Shown here in pieces: positions 27,978 to 37,004 of a DNA stretch of 52,850 nt. The notes beneath the pieces were generated by a model, which did no database searches, was not told the origin of the DNA, and saw nothing but the letters and a program-made list of their open reading frames with translations. The position numbers and the translations under genes are program-made. Source of the DNA: a virus (Duplodnaviria; Caudoviricetes); the IMG/VR virus record IMGVR_UViG_3300032271_000563, positions 1 to 52,850 of that record. One strand, given 5' to 3'. Within the stretch, counting starts at the first letter, position 1; every line of letters begins with the position of its first letter.

Positions 27978-28823
27978 GTGGCATTAACGCATACTGGCGG
28001 TGTAATCAGTGCTCAATACAATGGGCTGAACTATCCTGTAACAACGGTAGAGTATCTTGTTGTTGCTGGGGGTGGTGGAGGTGGTTATTCGGTTGGAGGA
28101 GGTGGTGGTGCTGGTGGCTTATTACAAGCTACTGGCTATGCAATCACGCTTGGTTCAGCCATTACAGTTACTATTGGCGCAGGGGGCGCTGGTGTATCTT
28201 CTGGTGGAAGTCCCGGAGGCAGTGGTGTTAATTCGGTGTTTGGATCAATAACTGCTACAGGGGGTGGTGGAGGTGGAACTGGATATACTGCTACAGCGCC
28301 CACATCTGGCGGTTCAGGCGGTGGCGGTGGTAATCTTGGAACAGGTGCATCAGGAACATCAGGACAAGGCAATGCTGGGGGGTCAAGTGGCGCTACTGCA
28401 ACTCCTTATGCTGGAGCGGGTGGAGGAGGAGCAGGTTCTATTGGCATATCTGCTGTAGGGAATAGTATTTCTGGTAGTGGTGGAACAGGAGTTGTTTCTT
28501 CTATTACAGGTTCGCCAATTCAATACGCTGGTGGAGGAGGTGGAGGAATATTTGCAAGCACAGGGACAGCAGGTTTAGCTAGTGCTGGTGGAGGTGCTGG
28601 GAATATAAATTCTGGTTATAGTGGTCTATCAAACACTGGAGGTGGAGGCGGAGGTGGTGGGTTAACCACTGTTTCAGGCGGCGCAGGCGGTTCAGGCATC
28701 GTAGTCATCAGATACCCATCCTATCTATCCCAAGCAACAAGCACAACAGGTTCACCTACTTATTACCAAGCAGGAGGATATAACGTCTATGTCTTCTACG
28801 CTTCTGGAACAATCACATTCTAA
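27978..28823 (+). CDS. glycine-rich domain protein (1 domain)
   Basis: GTG start after AGGAG; VEYLVVAGGGGG...GGSGIVVIRY. Confidence 0.8.
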   Translation: MALTHTGGVISAQYNGLNYPVTTVEYLVVAGGGGGGYSVGGGGGAGGLLQATGYAITLGSAITVTIGAGGAGVSSGGSPGGSGVNSVFGSITATGGGGGGTGYTATAPTSGGSGGGGGNLGTGASGTSGQGNAGGSSGATATPYAGAGGGGAGSIGISAVGNSISGSGGTGVVSSITGSPIQYAGGGGGGIFASTGTAGLASAGGGAGNINSGYSGLSNTGGGGGGGGLTTVSGGAGGSGIVVIRYPSYLSQATSTTGSPTYYQAGGYNVYVFYASGTITF

Positions 28824-28831
28824 GGTTAACA

Positions 28832-30526
28832 ATGGCAACAGGAATATTCAAACTTAGAGATCAATTGCTTGGACTTGTACAAGGCGCATGGTCAGGCGTA
28901 AGTAAAGCCACTGCTCCTCAGTATGTTGAATACCTTGTTGTAGCAGGTGGAGGTGGAGGTGGTGACTATGGAGGCGGTGGCGGTGCGGGCGGTTTACTCC
29001 AAGGCATTGTGCCTGTAACCAATGGCGCATCATACACAATTACTGTTGGGGCAGGGGGGAATGGTTCTGTAACTTCTACGTCTGGCGCTAATTCAGTTTT
29101 TGGTTCAATAACTGCAAAAGGTGGAGGCTATGGGGGCGCTAATGTAGCTGGTGCATCTGGTGGTTCAGGTGGTGGTGGTGGTTCATCTAATTTTCTTTTT
29201 GCTATTGCATCAGGTACTTTAGGACAAGGAAACAATGGCGGATATAACGATGTGACTGCTGGGCCTTATCCTAGTGGTGGAGGTGGAGGCGCTGGTACAG
29301 TAGGATTTAACGCTACATCATCTAGCAGTGGAAATGGTGGGGCAGGAATAGCTTCTTCAATATCAGGCGCTGTTGTTACTTATGCAGGAGGCGGTGGTGG
29401 GGGCATTAGAACGGGGACACTTTTTGGTATTGGTGGCGTTGGGGGTGGTGGTACTGGTTCTATAGGAGCAAACACTGCAACCGCTGGAACAGCTAACACA
29501 GGGGGAGGTGGCGGCGGAGCTGGCGCAACCGCACCCGGAACTTCAGGCGCAGGCGGTTCAGGCATCGTTATAGTTCGTTACTCTGGTTCTGTTCAATATT
29601 ACACAGGCGGTACTGTTACTTTGCAAGGTTCAAGTGGAAGTGGAACAGGCAATGGTTATTTTGTTGTTCACACATTTACCACTTCTGGTACTTTTTCTTT
29701 AGTACCAACAACACCAAGTGATTTAGCGCTTACATTGCCAGCTAACACAGCAATATTCTATTCTTCAGGTGTATGGACTGCACCCACAGGGGCAACATCT
29801 ATCCAATACTTAGTTGTAGCTGGAGGTGGTGGTGGCGGTTCAAATCGAGGTGGTGGGGGCGGTGCTGGCGGTTTATTGACTGCCACAGGAGTAAGCGTTA
29901 CTGCTGGAACAAGTTATCTTGTAACAGTAGGATCTGGTGGAATTGGTGCTCAACCTCCTAATTCAAATCCAGGTACAAACCCCATTGGAACAAATGGTGG
30001 AAATTCTTTAATTGGTTCATTAGTCAATGGTTCAACTGGTGCTGTAGGTGGTGGTGGCGGTGGATTTGGAAATGCCAATAACGCTTCAATTTCTGGACAA
30101 AATGGTGGTTCTGGAGGTGGTAACGGTGGTAATTCTGGATATAACACAGCATCAACAGGAACTTCAGGACAAGGTAATGCTGGTGGTATTAGTTATACAG
30201 TTGGCGCACCTTATGGTGGTGGAGGTGGCGGTGGAGCTACTTCTGTAGGATTGCCATCGGTTACAGGTGGTGGATCAGGCGGTGCGGGTACAGCATCTTC
30301 ATTGAGTGGCTCTTCTGTGACGTATGCAGGCGGTGGTGGAGGGGGCGCTGAATATGGCACATCTACTGGAGGTGCTGGTGGTGGAGGAGCAGGCGGTATT
30401 GGTTATAGCGGTGCAAATGGTACAAACGCTACGATTAACACAGGTGGTGGAGGCGGAGGCGCTGGAGAAACAAGTGGCAATGGTGGCAATGGTGGCTCAG
30501 GCATTGTGATTATTAAGTGGAGTTGA
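28832..30526 (+). CDS. glycine-rich domain protein (2 domains)
   Basis: two YLVVAGGGGG...GGSGIVI units. Confidence 0.8.
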   Translation: MATGIFKLRDQLLGLVQGAWSGVSKATAPQYVEYLVVAGGGGGGDYGGGGGAGGLLQGIVPVTNGASYTITVGAGGNGSVTSTSGANSVFGSITAKGGGYGGANVAGASGGSGGGGGSSNFLFAIASGTLGQGNNGGYNDVTAGPYPSGGGGGAGTVGFNATSSSSGNGGAGIASSISGAVVTYAGGGGGGIRTGTLFGIGGVGGGGTGSIGANTATAGTANTGGGGGGAGATAPGTSGAGGSGIVIVRYSGSVQYYTGGTVTLQGSSGSGTGNGYFVVHTFTTSGTFSLVPTTPSDLALTLPANTAIFYSSGVWTAPTGATSIQYLVVAGGGGGGSNRGGGGGAGGLLTATGVSVTAGTSYLVTVGSGGIGAQPPNSNPGTNPIGTNGGNSLIGSLVNGSTGAVGGGGGGFGNANNASISGQNGGSGGGNGGNSGYNTASTGTSGQGNAGGISYTVGAPYGGGGGGGATSVGLPSVTGGGSGGAGTASSLSGSSVTYAGGGGGGAEYGTSTGGAGGGGAGGIGYSGANGTNATINTGGGGGGAGETSGNGGNGGSGIVIIKWS

Positions 30527-30527
30527 A

Positions 30528-31400
30528 ATGAGTCAATCTTTATTAGGCGGTTATCTCAGCGCTACATTTAATCCCTTGACTAGCGGAGTTACAAGCACGG
30601 TTGAATACTTGGTTGTTGCTGGTGGGGGTGGAGGTGGTGGTTCTAATGGGGCAGGCGGGGGGGCTGGTGGCTTATTAACTTCTACAGGATATGTTGTAAC
30701 ACCCGGATCACCTATTACTGTAACTATTGGAAGTGGCGGAGCAGGAAGTGATTCAGTCTATGCGAGTAATGGTGTTAATTCTGTATTTGGATCTATTACT
30801 GCAACAGGTGGCGGAGGTGGAGGAGCATATCCAACGGTAGGAAGCGCACAAGCACAAGGACAAAATGGTGGATCAGGTGGAGGATCAGCTAGCGGAGGAT
30901 CATCTGGTGGAACAGCATCTCCTAGCGGACAAGGAAATAACGGTGGTGCAGGTGGAGGCACTAATGCTTCTGGTTACCCATCTGGAGGTGGAGGCGGCGC
31001 TGGTTCAGTAGGAACAAATGGTGTAGCCGCAAGTGCTGGTGGACAGGGTGGCACAGGACTTTGTTCTACTATTACTGGACAAAAAATATTTTATGCAGGT
31101 GGAGGAGGCGGTGGCGGTGGTACATCAGTTCAACAAGGACTCGGAGGAGCTGGTGGTGGCGGAAATGCCGTTAGTGGAGCTACTGGGCAAAATGGAACAG
31201 CCAATACAGGAGGCGGTGGTGGTGGATTCGGCTATGCTGGTACTTTGTATAACGGTGGCAACGGTGGTTCAGGCATAGTCATTATCCGTTACCCAGCTAA
31301 CTGCGCTCCCCCTGCATCAACAACAAATCTACAGCAAGTTTTGTACAATAACGGTTTTCAAATTTACGTTTTCACGTCCTCTGGGACAATCACTTTTTAA
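30528..31400 (+). CDS. glycine-rich domain protein (1 domain)
   Basis: paralogue of 27978..28823; both end SGTITF. Confidence 0.8.
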   Translation: MSQSLLGGYLSATFNPLTSGVTSTVEYLVVAGGGGGGGSNGAGGGAGGLLTSTGYVVTPGSPITVTIGSGGAGSDSVYASNGVNSVFGSITATGGGGGGAYPTVGSAQAQGQNGGSGGGSASGGSSGGTASPSGQGNNGGAGGGTNASGYPSGGGGGAGSVGTNGVAASAGGQGGTGLCSTITGQKIFYAGGGGGGGGTSVQQGLGGAGGGGNAVSGATGQNGTANTGGGGGGFGYAGTLYNGGNGGSGIVIIRYPANCAPPASTTNLQQVLYNNGFQIYVFTSSGTITF

Positions 31401-31412
31401 TGGAGTTTAAAC

Positions 31413-31793
31413 ATGGCACATTACGCACACATCACAAACGGAGTAGTTGATAACGTCATTGTTATCGATGCAGAAACACTTCAACTAGGACATTGGGGTG
31501 ATCCATCTGAATGGGTTCAGACAAGCTATCGAACACAAGGCGGTCAGCACCCTGAAGGTAGACCCTTGCACAAGAACTATGCGGGTATTGGTTACACATG
31601 GGACGGTACAGGCTTTGCACCCCCACAACCTTTTGCCTCATGGACAAAGAACGCAGATACATATTTGTGGGAAGCCCCAGTAGCCATGCCCTCAGATGCG
31701 GGTACAGGTACACCACCTAAGATGTACACATGGAATGAACAGACAGTAAACTGGGTTGAAGTGGTTCATACAGAAACAAATACACAGGCATAA
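31413..31793 (+). CDS. small partner protein of glycine-rich fibre genes
   Basis: MAHYAHI..VVDNVIV, WVQTSY, KNYAGIGYTW, FAPPQPFASW motifs. Confidence 0.7.
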   Translation: MAHYAHITNGVVDNVIVIDAETLQLGHWGDPSEWVQTSYRTQGGQHPEGRPLHKNYAGIGYTWDGTGFAPPQPFASWTKNADTYLWEAPVAMPSDAGTGTPPKMYTWNEQTVNWVEVVHTETNTQA

Positions 31794-31796
31794 ATC

Positions 31797-33455
31797 ATGG
31801 CTCAACTAAGCGGAATGTGGACTCTAAGTCAAGTAAGCCAAGCGGTAAAGGCTGGGCAGTGGATAGGCTTTCCGCAAACAGTTGAGTATCTGATAGTTGC
31901 TGGTGGAGGTGGTGCAGGATGTAGTTATTCTGGTGGAGGAGGTGCTGGAGGTTTAATTGCAGGTCAAACTTCGATTACTCAAGGAATAACTTGCTATGTC
32001 ACAGTAGGTAGTGGTGGGGCTGGCTCGACAAATCAATCCTCTGCGGGTTCAACTGGTGGTGCATCAGTATTGTTGGCTACATCGTCTGGAGCAACTACTG
32101 GTAATTTTGTTGCATCTGGTGGTGGTGGTGGTGGTAGTAATCTTTTAACTTCAGGAATTTCTGGTGGTTCTGGAGGTGGTGCATCGCAATCAACCACAGT
32201 TGGATCAGGAATATCAGGTCAAGGAAATGCAGGTGGTACAGGCACTACATCAGCGGCTTATGGAGCTGGTGGTGGTGGTGGTGCTGGCACAATTGGTCTA
32301 AATGGAGGAACAACCGTTGGCGGTAATGGTGGGGCAGGTATTGCTTCATCTATAAGCGGAGCAGTTGTCACTTACGCTGGCGGTGGTGGCGGTGGAATAA
32401 ATTCTGGTACAGGTGGCACAGGTGGAATTGGTGGGGGCGGTAGTGGAACAAGTTCAAGCGCTACTGGAGGATCAGGATCATCTAGCACTGGTGGCGGTGG
32501 TGGAGGTGCTGGCGGTACTGGATTAGGCGGTGCAGGTGGCTCTGGAATAGTCATCATACGTTATCAAAGTAATCTTCAATGGTTTATAGGCGGTTACGTT
32601 TCTTCTTATGGTGGATACATCATCCATCAATTTACGTCTTCTGGGTCATTGACTCCAACATCACCTATAAGCCTAAATAGCAATGTTGTTATCTTTACAG
32701 TTTCAGGCGTATGGACAGCACCCGCAGGTGCAACTCAAGTTCAATACTTAGTTGTTGGTGGCGGAGGTGGAGGTGCTAGGTATGGAGGAGGAGGTGGAGC
32801 TGGTGGATATAGAACAGCCACAGGGCTTTCTGTCACAGCTGGTACTACTTATTCTGTAACCGTTGGTGCTGGTGGTGCTGGTGGAACTGGAGGAGGTGGT
32901 GGTACTGGAATAGGACAAAATGGAACAAATTCTATATTTAGTTCAATTACTTCGACAGGTGGCGGTGGTGGTGGAAGTGGGCCATCCTATGATGGTTCAT
33001 CAAATGGGGTTGGACAGTCTGGTGGATCAGGTGGCGGTGGTGGATATTCTGCATCGTATTACACAGGAGGTGCGGCATCTCCAAGTGGTCAAGGAAATGC
33101 TGGCGGTGGAGGCGAAAATGGGGCTTCTTATGGGCTTGGTGGCGGTGGAGGAGGTGCTGGAGCCGCAGGACAAAGTTGGTCTTCTGGAAACACTCTTCAA
33201 AATGGTGGCGTTGGTTTAGCTAGTTCAATAACAGGAACATCCACTTACTATGCTGGTGGTGCTGGAGGCGGTGGTGGTATATCCAATGCAACTGGTGGAA
33301 CTGGTGGTTTAGGAGGTGGTGGTAATGGAGCAGGTTATTCCGCTAATAATGGCACAGCAGGAACCGCCAATACTGGTGGGGGTGGTGGAGGTCAAACTAC
33401 ATACGCAAATGGATATAACGGTGGTTCAGGTATCGTAATTATCAGGTGGAGTTAA
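31797..33455 (+). CDS. glycine-rich domain protein (2 domains)
   Basis: paralogue of 28832..30526; both end GIVII(K/R)WS. Confidence 0.8.
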   Translation: MAQLSGMWTLSQVSQAVKAGQWIGFPQTVEYLIVAGGGGAGCSYSGGGGAGGLIAGQTSITQGITCYVTVGSGGAGSTNQSSAGSTGGASVLLATSSGATTGNFVASGGGGGGSNLLTSGISGGSGGGASQSTTVGSGISGQGNAGGTGTTSAAYGAGGGGGAGTIGLNGGTTVGGNGGAGIASSISGAVVTYAGGGGGGINSGTGGTGGIGGGGSGTSSSATGGSGSSSTGGGGGGAGGTGLGGAGGSGIVIIRYQSNLQWFIGGYVSSYGGYIIHQFTSSGSLTPTSPISLNSNVVIFTVSGVWTAPAGATQVQYLVVGGGGGGARYGGGGGAGGYRTATGLSVTAGTTYSVTVGAGGAGGTGGGGGTGIGQNGTNSIFSSITSTGGGGGGSGPSYDGSSNGVGQSGGSGGGGGYSASYYTGGAASPSGQGNAGGGGENGASYGLGGGGGGAGAAGQSWSSGNTLQNGGVGLASSITGTSTYYAGGAGGGGGISNATGGTGGLGGGGNGAGYSANNGTAGTANTGGGGGGQTTYANGYNGGSGIVIIRWS

Positions 33456-33456
33456 G

Positions 33457-33651
33457 ATGACTGACACTGAAAAAGACTTAGCTGTCCACGTTGCAGTCTG
33501 TGATGAGCGTTACCGCAACATTGAGGAATCACTGAAAAGCGGAGAAAGGCGCATGACCAAGATTGAGTATTTGATCTATGCTGTAATGGTAATGGTTATG
33601 TTTGGCCCAGGCGTTGCGGCGCAATTCTTTCATAAATTCTTTGGAATCTAA
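33457..33651 (+). CDS. small coiled-coil plus TM protein (holin/antiholin-like)
   Basis: HVAVCDERYRNI coil then one hydrophobic helix; starts the lysis cluster. Confidence 0.55.
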   Translation: MTDTEKDLAVHVAVCDERYRNIEESLKSGERRMTKIEYLIYAVMVMVMFGPGVAAQFFHKFFGI

Positions 33652-34151
33652 TGGACCCAATCACTATTTTTGCGGCGTGTAAAGCGGCTCACGCAGGGAT
33701 TCGTGAGTGCATTGATCTTTACCAGGATTTTAAAAAAGACGGCAAAGATGTTGGTGACATTGTTGGTGACATTGGTAAAAATTTAGGTTCGTTCTTTACG
33801 CATCAAGAATCGTTTAAAGAGGCTGAAAAAGAGGCTAAAAATAATCCTTTGCCTAAAAATGTCAGTGTCAATGAAGAGGCAATGAATAGAATTTTGCGTC
33901 AACAACAAATTAGTCGCATGGAAATTGAATTGCGTGAAATGATCATTTACCAAATTGGTATGCCTGGTCTTTGGACTGAATTTGTACAAATGAGGGAAGT
34001 GGTTAAAAAAGAGCGCGAAAAAGTCGAGCGTGAACAAAAAAAGCACGTGAAGACGCCGCTTATAAAAGGCGTCAATTTATTGCCAAATGGGAATTTCGGG
34101 CGGCAATTTGTGTTGCAGTTTTTGCGTGGGTCATGGTCTTTAGCGTACTGA
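33651..34151 (+). CDS. lysis-region protein; -1 frameshift form would extend to 34195 with a TM helix
   Basis: MDPITIFAACKAA start; A-AAA-AAG at 34037-34043 plus hairpin. Confidence 0.7.
   Translation: MDPITIFAACKAAHAGIRECIDLYQDFKKDGKDVGDIVGDIGKNLGSFFTHQESFKEAEKEAKNNPLPKNVSVNEEAMNRILRQQQISRMEIELREMIIYQIGMPGLWTEFVQMREVVKKEREKVEREQKKHVKTPLIKGVNLLPNGNFGRQFVLQFLRGSWSLAY
34037..34073 (+). other. putative programmed -1 ribosomal frameshift signal
   Basis: in-frame A-AAA-AAG, 8-nt spacer, GACGCC/GGCGTC stem; -1 frame open to TAA 34193-34195. Confidence 0.7.
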
Positions 34152-34195
34152 TGTACGGCATCCACCTGGATTATCAAAAATCGAAAGGACAGTAA

Positions 34196-34690
34196 ATGGA
34201 TTGGCTGAAATCAATTGCTCCTACAATAGCCACAGCATTAGGAGGCCCACTAGCTGGCCTGGCTGTTAATGCCGTTTCATCTGCTTTGGGTATAGACCCT
34301 AGTAAAGTAGAAGAAACCATACAATCGGGCAAACTGTCTGCCGATCAAATAGCATCTATTCAACAAGCAGAACTTGGCCTTAAAGCTCGCGCACAAGAAC
34401 TTGGTCTTGACTTTGCTAAATTGGCTGTAGACGATAGAAAATCAGCCAGGGAACTTCAAGCAACAACCCGCAGTTTTATTCCCCCAGCTTTGGCCATTCT
34501 TGTTACGGTGGGTTTCTTCGGAATATTGGTGGGCATGATGATGGAAACATTTAGAACAAGTGAGGCTTTGATGCTGATGCTTGGGAGTTTAGGCACGGCT
34601 TGGACGGGGATCATTGCATTTTATTTCGGGTCTTCTGCTGGCTCACAGGCAAAAGATGATTTATTACACAAAAGCACACCTACAAAATGA
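34196..34690 (+). CDS. holin-like membrane protein (3TM, GTA-holin-like)
   Basis: IAPTIATALGGPLAG, DRKSARE, two C-terminal TMs, FYFGSSAGS; adjacent to endolysin. Confidence 0.7.
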   Translation: MDWLKSIAPTIATALGGPLAGLAVNAVSSALGIDPSKVEETIQSGKLSADQIASIQQAELGLKARAQELGLDFAKLAVDDRKSARELQATTRSFIPPALAILVTVGFFGILVGMMMETFRTSEALMLMLGSLGTAWTGIIAFYFGSSAGSQAKDDLLHKSTPTK

Positions 34691-35118
34691 CACAACTTAG
34701 CCCACATTTCTCTCTTGAAGAGTTAACAATCACTGAACATAGGGAGTTTGACAATGAACCTAATGAACTTGAAAGAGCAAATCTTGTCCGCCTTGCAAAC
34801 TTTTTGGAGCAAGTTAAAGAGCTATTGGGCGGCAAGCCTGTCATGGTTAACAGCGCGTTTCGGTCAGCCCAAGTAAATCAGGCAGTGGGGTCAGCTCCCA
34901 CGTCTCAACATAGGGTTGGCTGTGCGGCTGACTTGCGTGTGCCAGGCATGACACCAAATGAGGTGGTCCAAGCTATTATTTCAAGTGATTTGCCTTATGA
35001 CCAGTGCATAAGAGAATTTGACAGGTGGACCCATCTTTCTATAACAAACCATGAGGGCGAAAAGCCTAGACGGCAGGCTCTTATCATTGATAAAATGGGC
35101 ACAAGAGCTTACGCATAG
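34687..35118 (+). CDS. endolysin, peptidase M15A family
   Basis: LSPHFSLEEL, SAFRS, SQH..GCAAD, WTHLS Zn-ligand pattern. Confidence 0.9.
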   Translation: MTQLSPHFSLEELTITEHREFDNEPNELERANLVRLANFLEQVKELLGGKPVMVNSAFRSAQVNQAVGSAPTSQHRVGCAADLRVPGMTPNEVVQAIISSDLPYDQCIREFDRWTHLSITNHEGEKPRRQALIIDKMGTRAYA

Positions 35119-35127
35119 GGAATTATT

Positions 35128-35772
35128 ATGGCAACGTCAACATCGGTAATGACATATGACTCCTTAGTCAACAATGTCCAGGTTTACCTGGAGCGTACCG
35201 ACGCCACCACAATAGAGAATATTCCCCTTTTCATTATGTTGGCGGAACAGGTGATTGCCAGCCAAATCAAGTTTTTGGGCAATTTAACGGTCCAAGAATC
35301 AACAATGGTGGCAGGTAGCAATATTATTCCCAAGCCAGCCCGTTGGCATAAAACAGTTTCCATGAACCTTACGGTTGCATCGACAAACACTGACAATCCA
35401 GTATTGTTAAGAAAGTATGAGTATTTGAAAGAGTATTGGCCTATTCAATCAAATACTGCACAACCGCTTTATTACGCTGATTATGACTACGACAACTGGT
35501 TGGTGGCGCCGACACCAGATCAAAACTATTCATTTGAAGTTTTGTATTACCAGCGCGTTCAACCACTTGATTCTTACAACCAAACCAATTGGTTTACACA
35601 ATATGCCCCCCAGGCTTTATTGTTTGGCTCCCTACTCCAGGCAATGCCGTTTTTAAAGAATGACGAGCGTGGACCTATTTTCCAACAACAATACGATCTA
35701 ATCATGCAAACTCTGACAACAGAGGACAGGTTGCGGGTTGGTGATCGTCAAGCCGTAGTGGTGGATGCATGA
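35128..35772 (+). CDS. tail adaptor/tubular protein-like
   Basis: IPLFIMLAE, APTPDQNYSFEVLYY, TNWFT..AP.ALLFGSL motifs. Confidence 0.6.
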   Translation: MATSTSVMTYDSLVNNVQVYLERTDATTIENIPLFIMLAEQVIASQIKFLGNLTVQESTMVAGSNIIPKPARWHKTVSMNLTVASTNTDNPVLLRKYEYLKEYWPIQSNTAQPLYYADYDYDNWLVAPTPDQNYSFEVLYYQRVQPLDSYNQTNWFTQYAPQALLFGSLLQAMPFLKNDERGPIFQQQYDLIMQTLTTEDRLRVGDRQAVVVDA

Positions 35773-37004
35773 CAACTTATACCTCACCCTTTACGGGCAA
35801 CACAATTCAACCTACTGACGTAAGCTATGAGGCTTATCTCAATCAGACGGCAAATTTAACGCTGTTTTGGCCAATCAATGGCACAACGGGTAACCCTACG
35901 GCCAGGATTATGGACGTAAGCTTTACAACGGCTGGATTGTCCTTGTATATGCCTGACGCCACTCAAGTGTCAGTTGGCCAAGATGCGATGATTCGCAATA
36001 CAGGGTCAGTTGCTTTTACAGTCAAAGGTTATTCTGGAAACACAATTGTTTCTGTTCCAGCTAGTTCTGCCCAGTATATTTATTTGACCAGCAATGCTAC
36101 CCAAGGCGGTACCTGGGGCGTTTTAGCTTTTGGTACAGGTACATCTAGCGGGACGGCCTCAACGCTTGCTGGGTATGGTTTAGAGGCACTTTCAGCCACT
36201 TTAAACCAAGCATATACAGTTAATTCATTGATTACTGGATACACGTTTTTAGCGGCTGACCAGGCATCAATTTATGTATGGACTGGTGGAACGACAACTG
36301 TTACTTTGCCACTAGCAAATACTTTGGGTTCAAATTGGTTCTTTTTGTTTAAAAACAATGGGACGGGTACCGTTGATATAGCGTGTAGTGGATCGGACCT
36401 AATTGACAGTGGTACTTCAAAAACATTCCAGCCTGGTAATTCTGCATTTATTGTGTGTACAGGAACTGGGTATGTAACTGTTGGTTACGGTACAAGCTCT
36501 ACGTTTGTTTATTCTGTTTTGACATTGACATTAACTGGTGGGTCATACACATTAACTGCAAGTCAAGCCTCAAATACCATTCAAGAATATTCAGGAACTC
36601 TTTTATCCAATCAAACAATTATCTTCCCCCCTGTTGCTAACTTGTATGTAATCAGCAATCAAACATCGGGCAGTTTTACATTAACAGCAACAACAAATAT
36701 TGCTGGAAAAGCAACCGCTACCATTCCCTCTGGAGGGCAAGCTACATTAATTTGTGATGGACAAAACTTTTTTAATGCCAACACAACGCAGGCTGGAGCA
36801 ACAGCATTGAGTATTGCCAGTGGTTCACAATCAAATCCAACATTGAACTTCAGCGCTGAAACATCAACGGGTATATATCGTCCTGGTACAGGCAGATTTG
36901 GTATCACTGTTCTTGGTTCTTTGGTTGTTGACGTAAGCGCAACTGGTCAGACGGTAACTGGTTCAGGCACATTTACTACAGGTATTTCTGGTGGAACATT
37001 CTAA
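35769..37004 (+). CDS. tail-associated structural protein
   Basis: beta-rich; GSQSNPTLNFSAETSTGIYRPG fibre-type motif. Confidence 0.65.
   Translation: MTTYTSPFTGNTIQPTDVSYEAYLNQTANLTLFWPINGTTGNPTARIMDVSFTTAGLSLYMPDATQVSVGQDAMIRNTGSVAFTVKGYSGNTIVSVPASSAQYIYLTSNATQGGTWGVLAFGTGTSSGTASTLAGYGLEALSATLNQAYTVNSLITGYTFLAADQASIYVWTGGTTTVTLPLANTLGSNWFFLFKNNGTGTVDIACSGSDLIDSGTSKTFQPGNSAFIVCTGTGYVTVGYGTSSTFVYSVLTLTLTGGSYTLTASQASNTIQEYSGTLLSNQTIIFPPVANLYVISNQTSGSFTLTATTNIAGKATATIPSGGQATLICDGQNFFNANTTQAGATALSIASGSQSNPTLNFSAETSTGIYRPGTGRFGITVLGSLVVDVSATGQTVTGSGTFTTGISGGTF

Noticed and set aside
27978-33455. Diversity-generating retroelement acting on adhesin genes
   Set aside because: No reverse transcriptase in the window; paralogue differences are not adenine-specific
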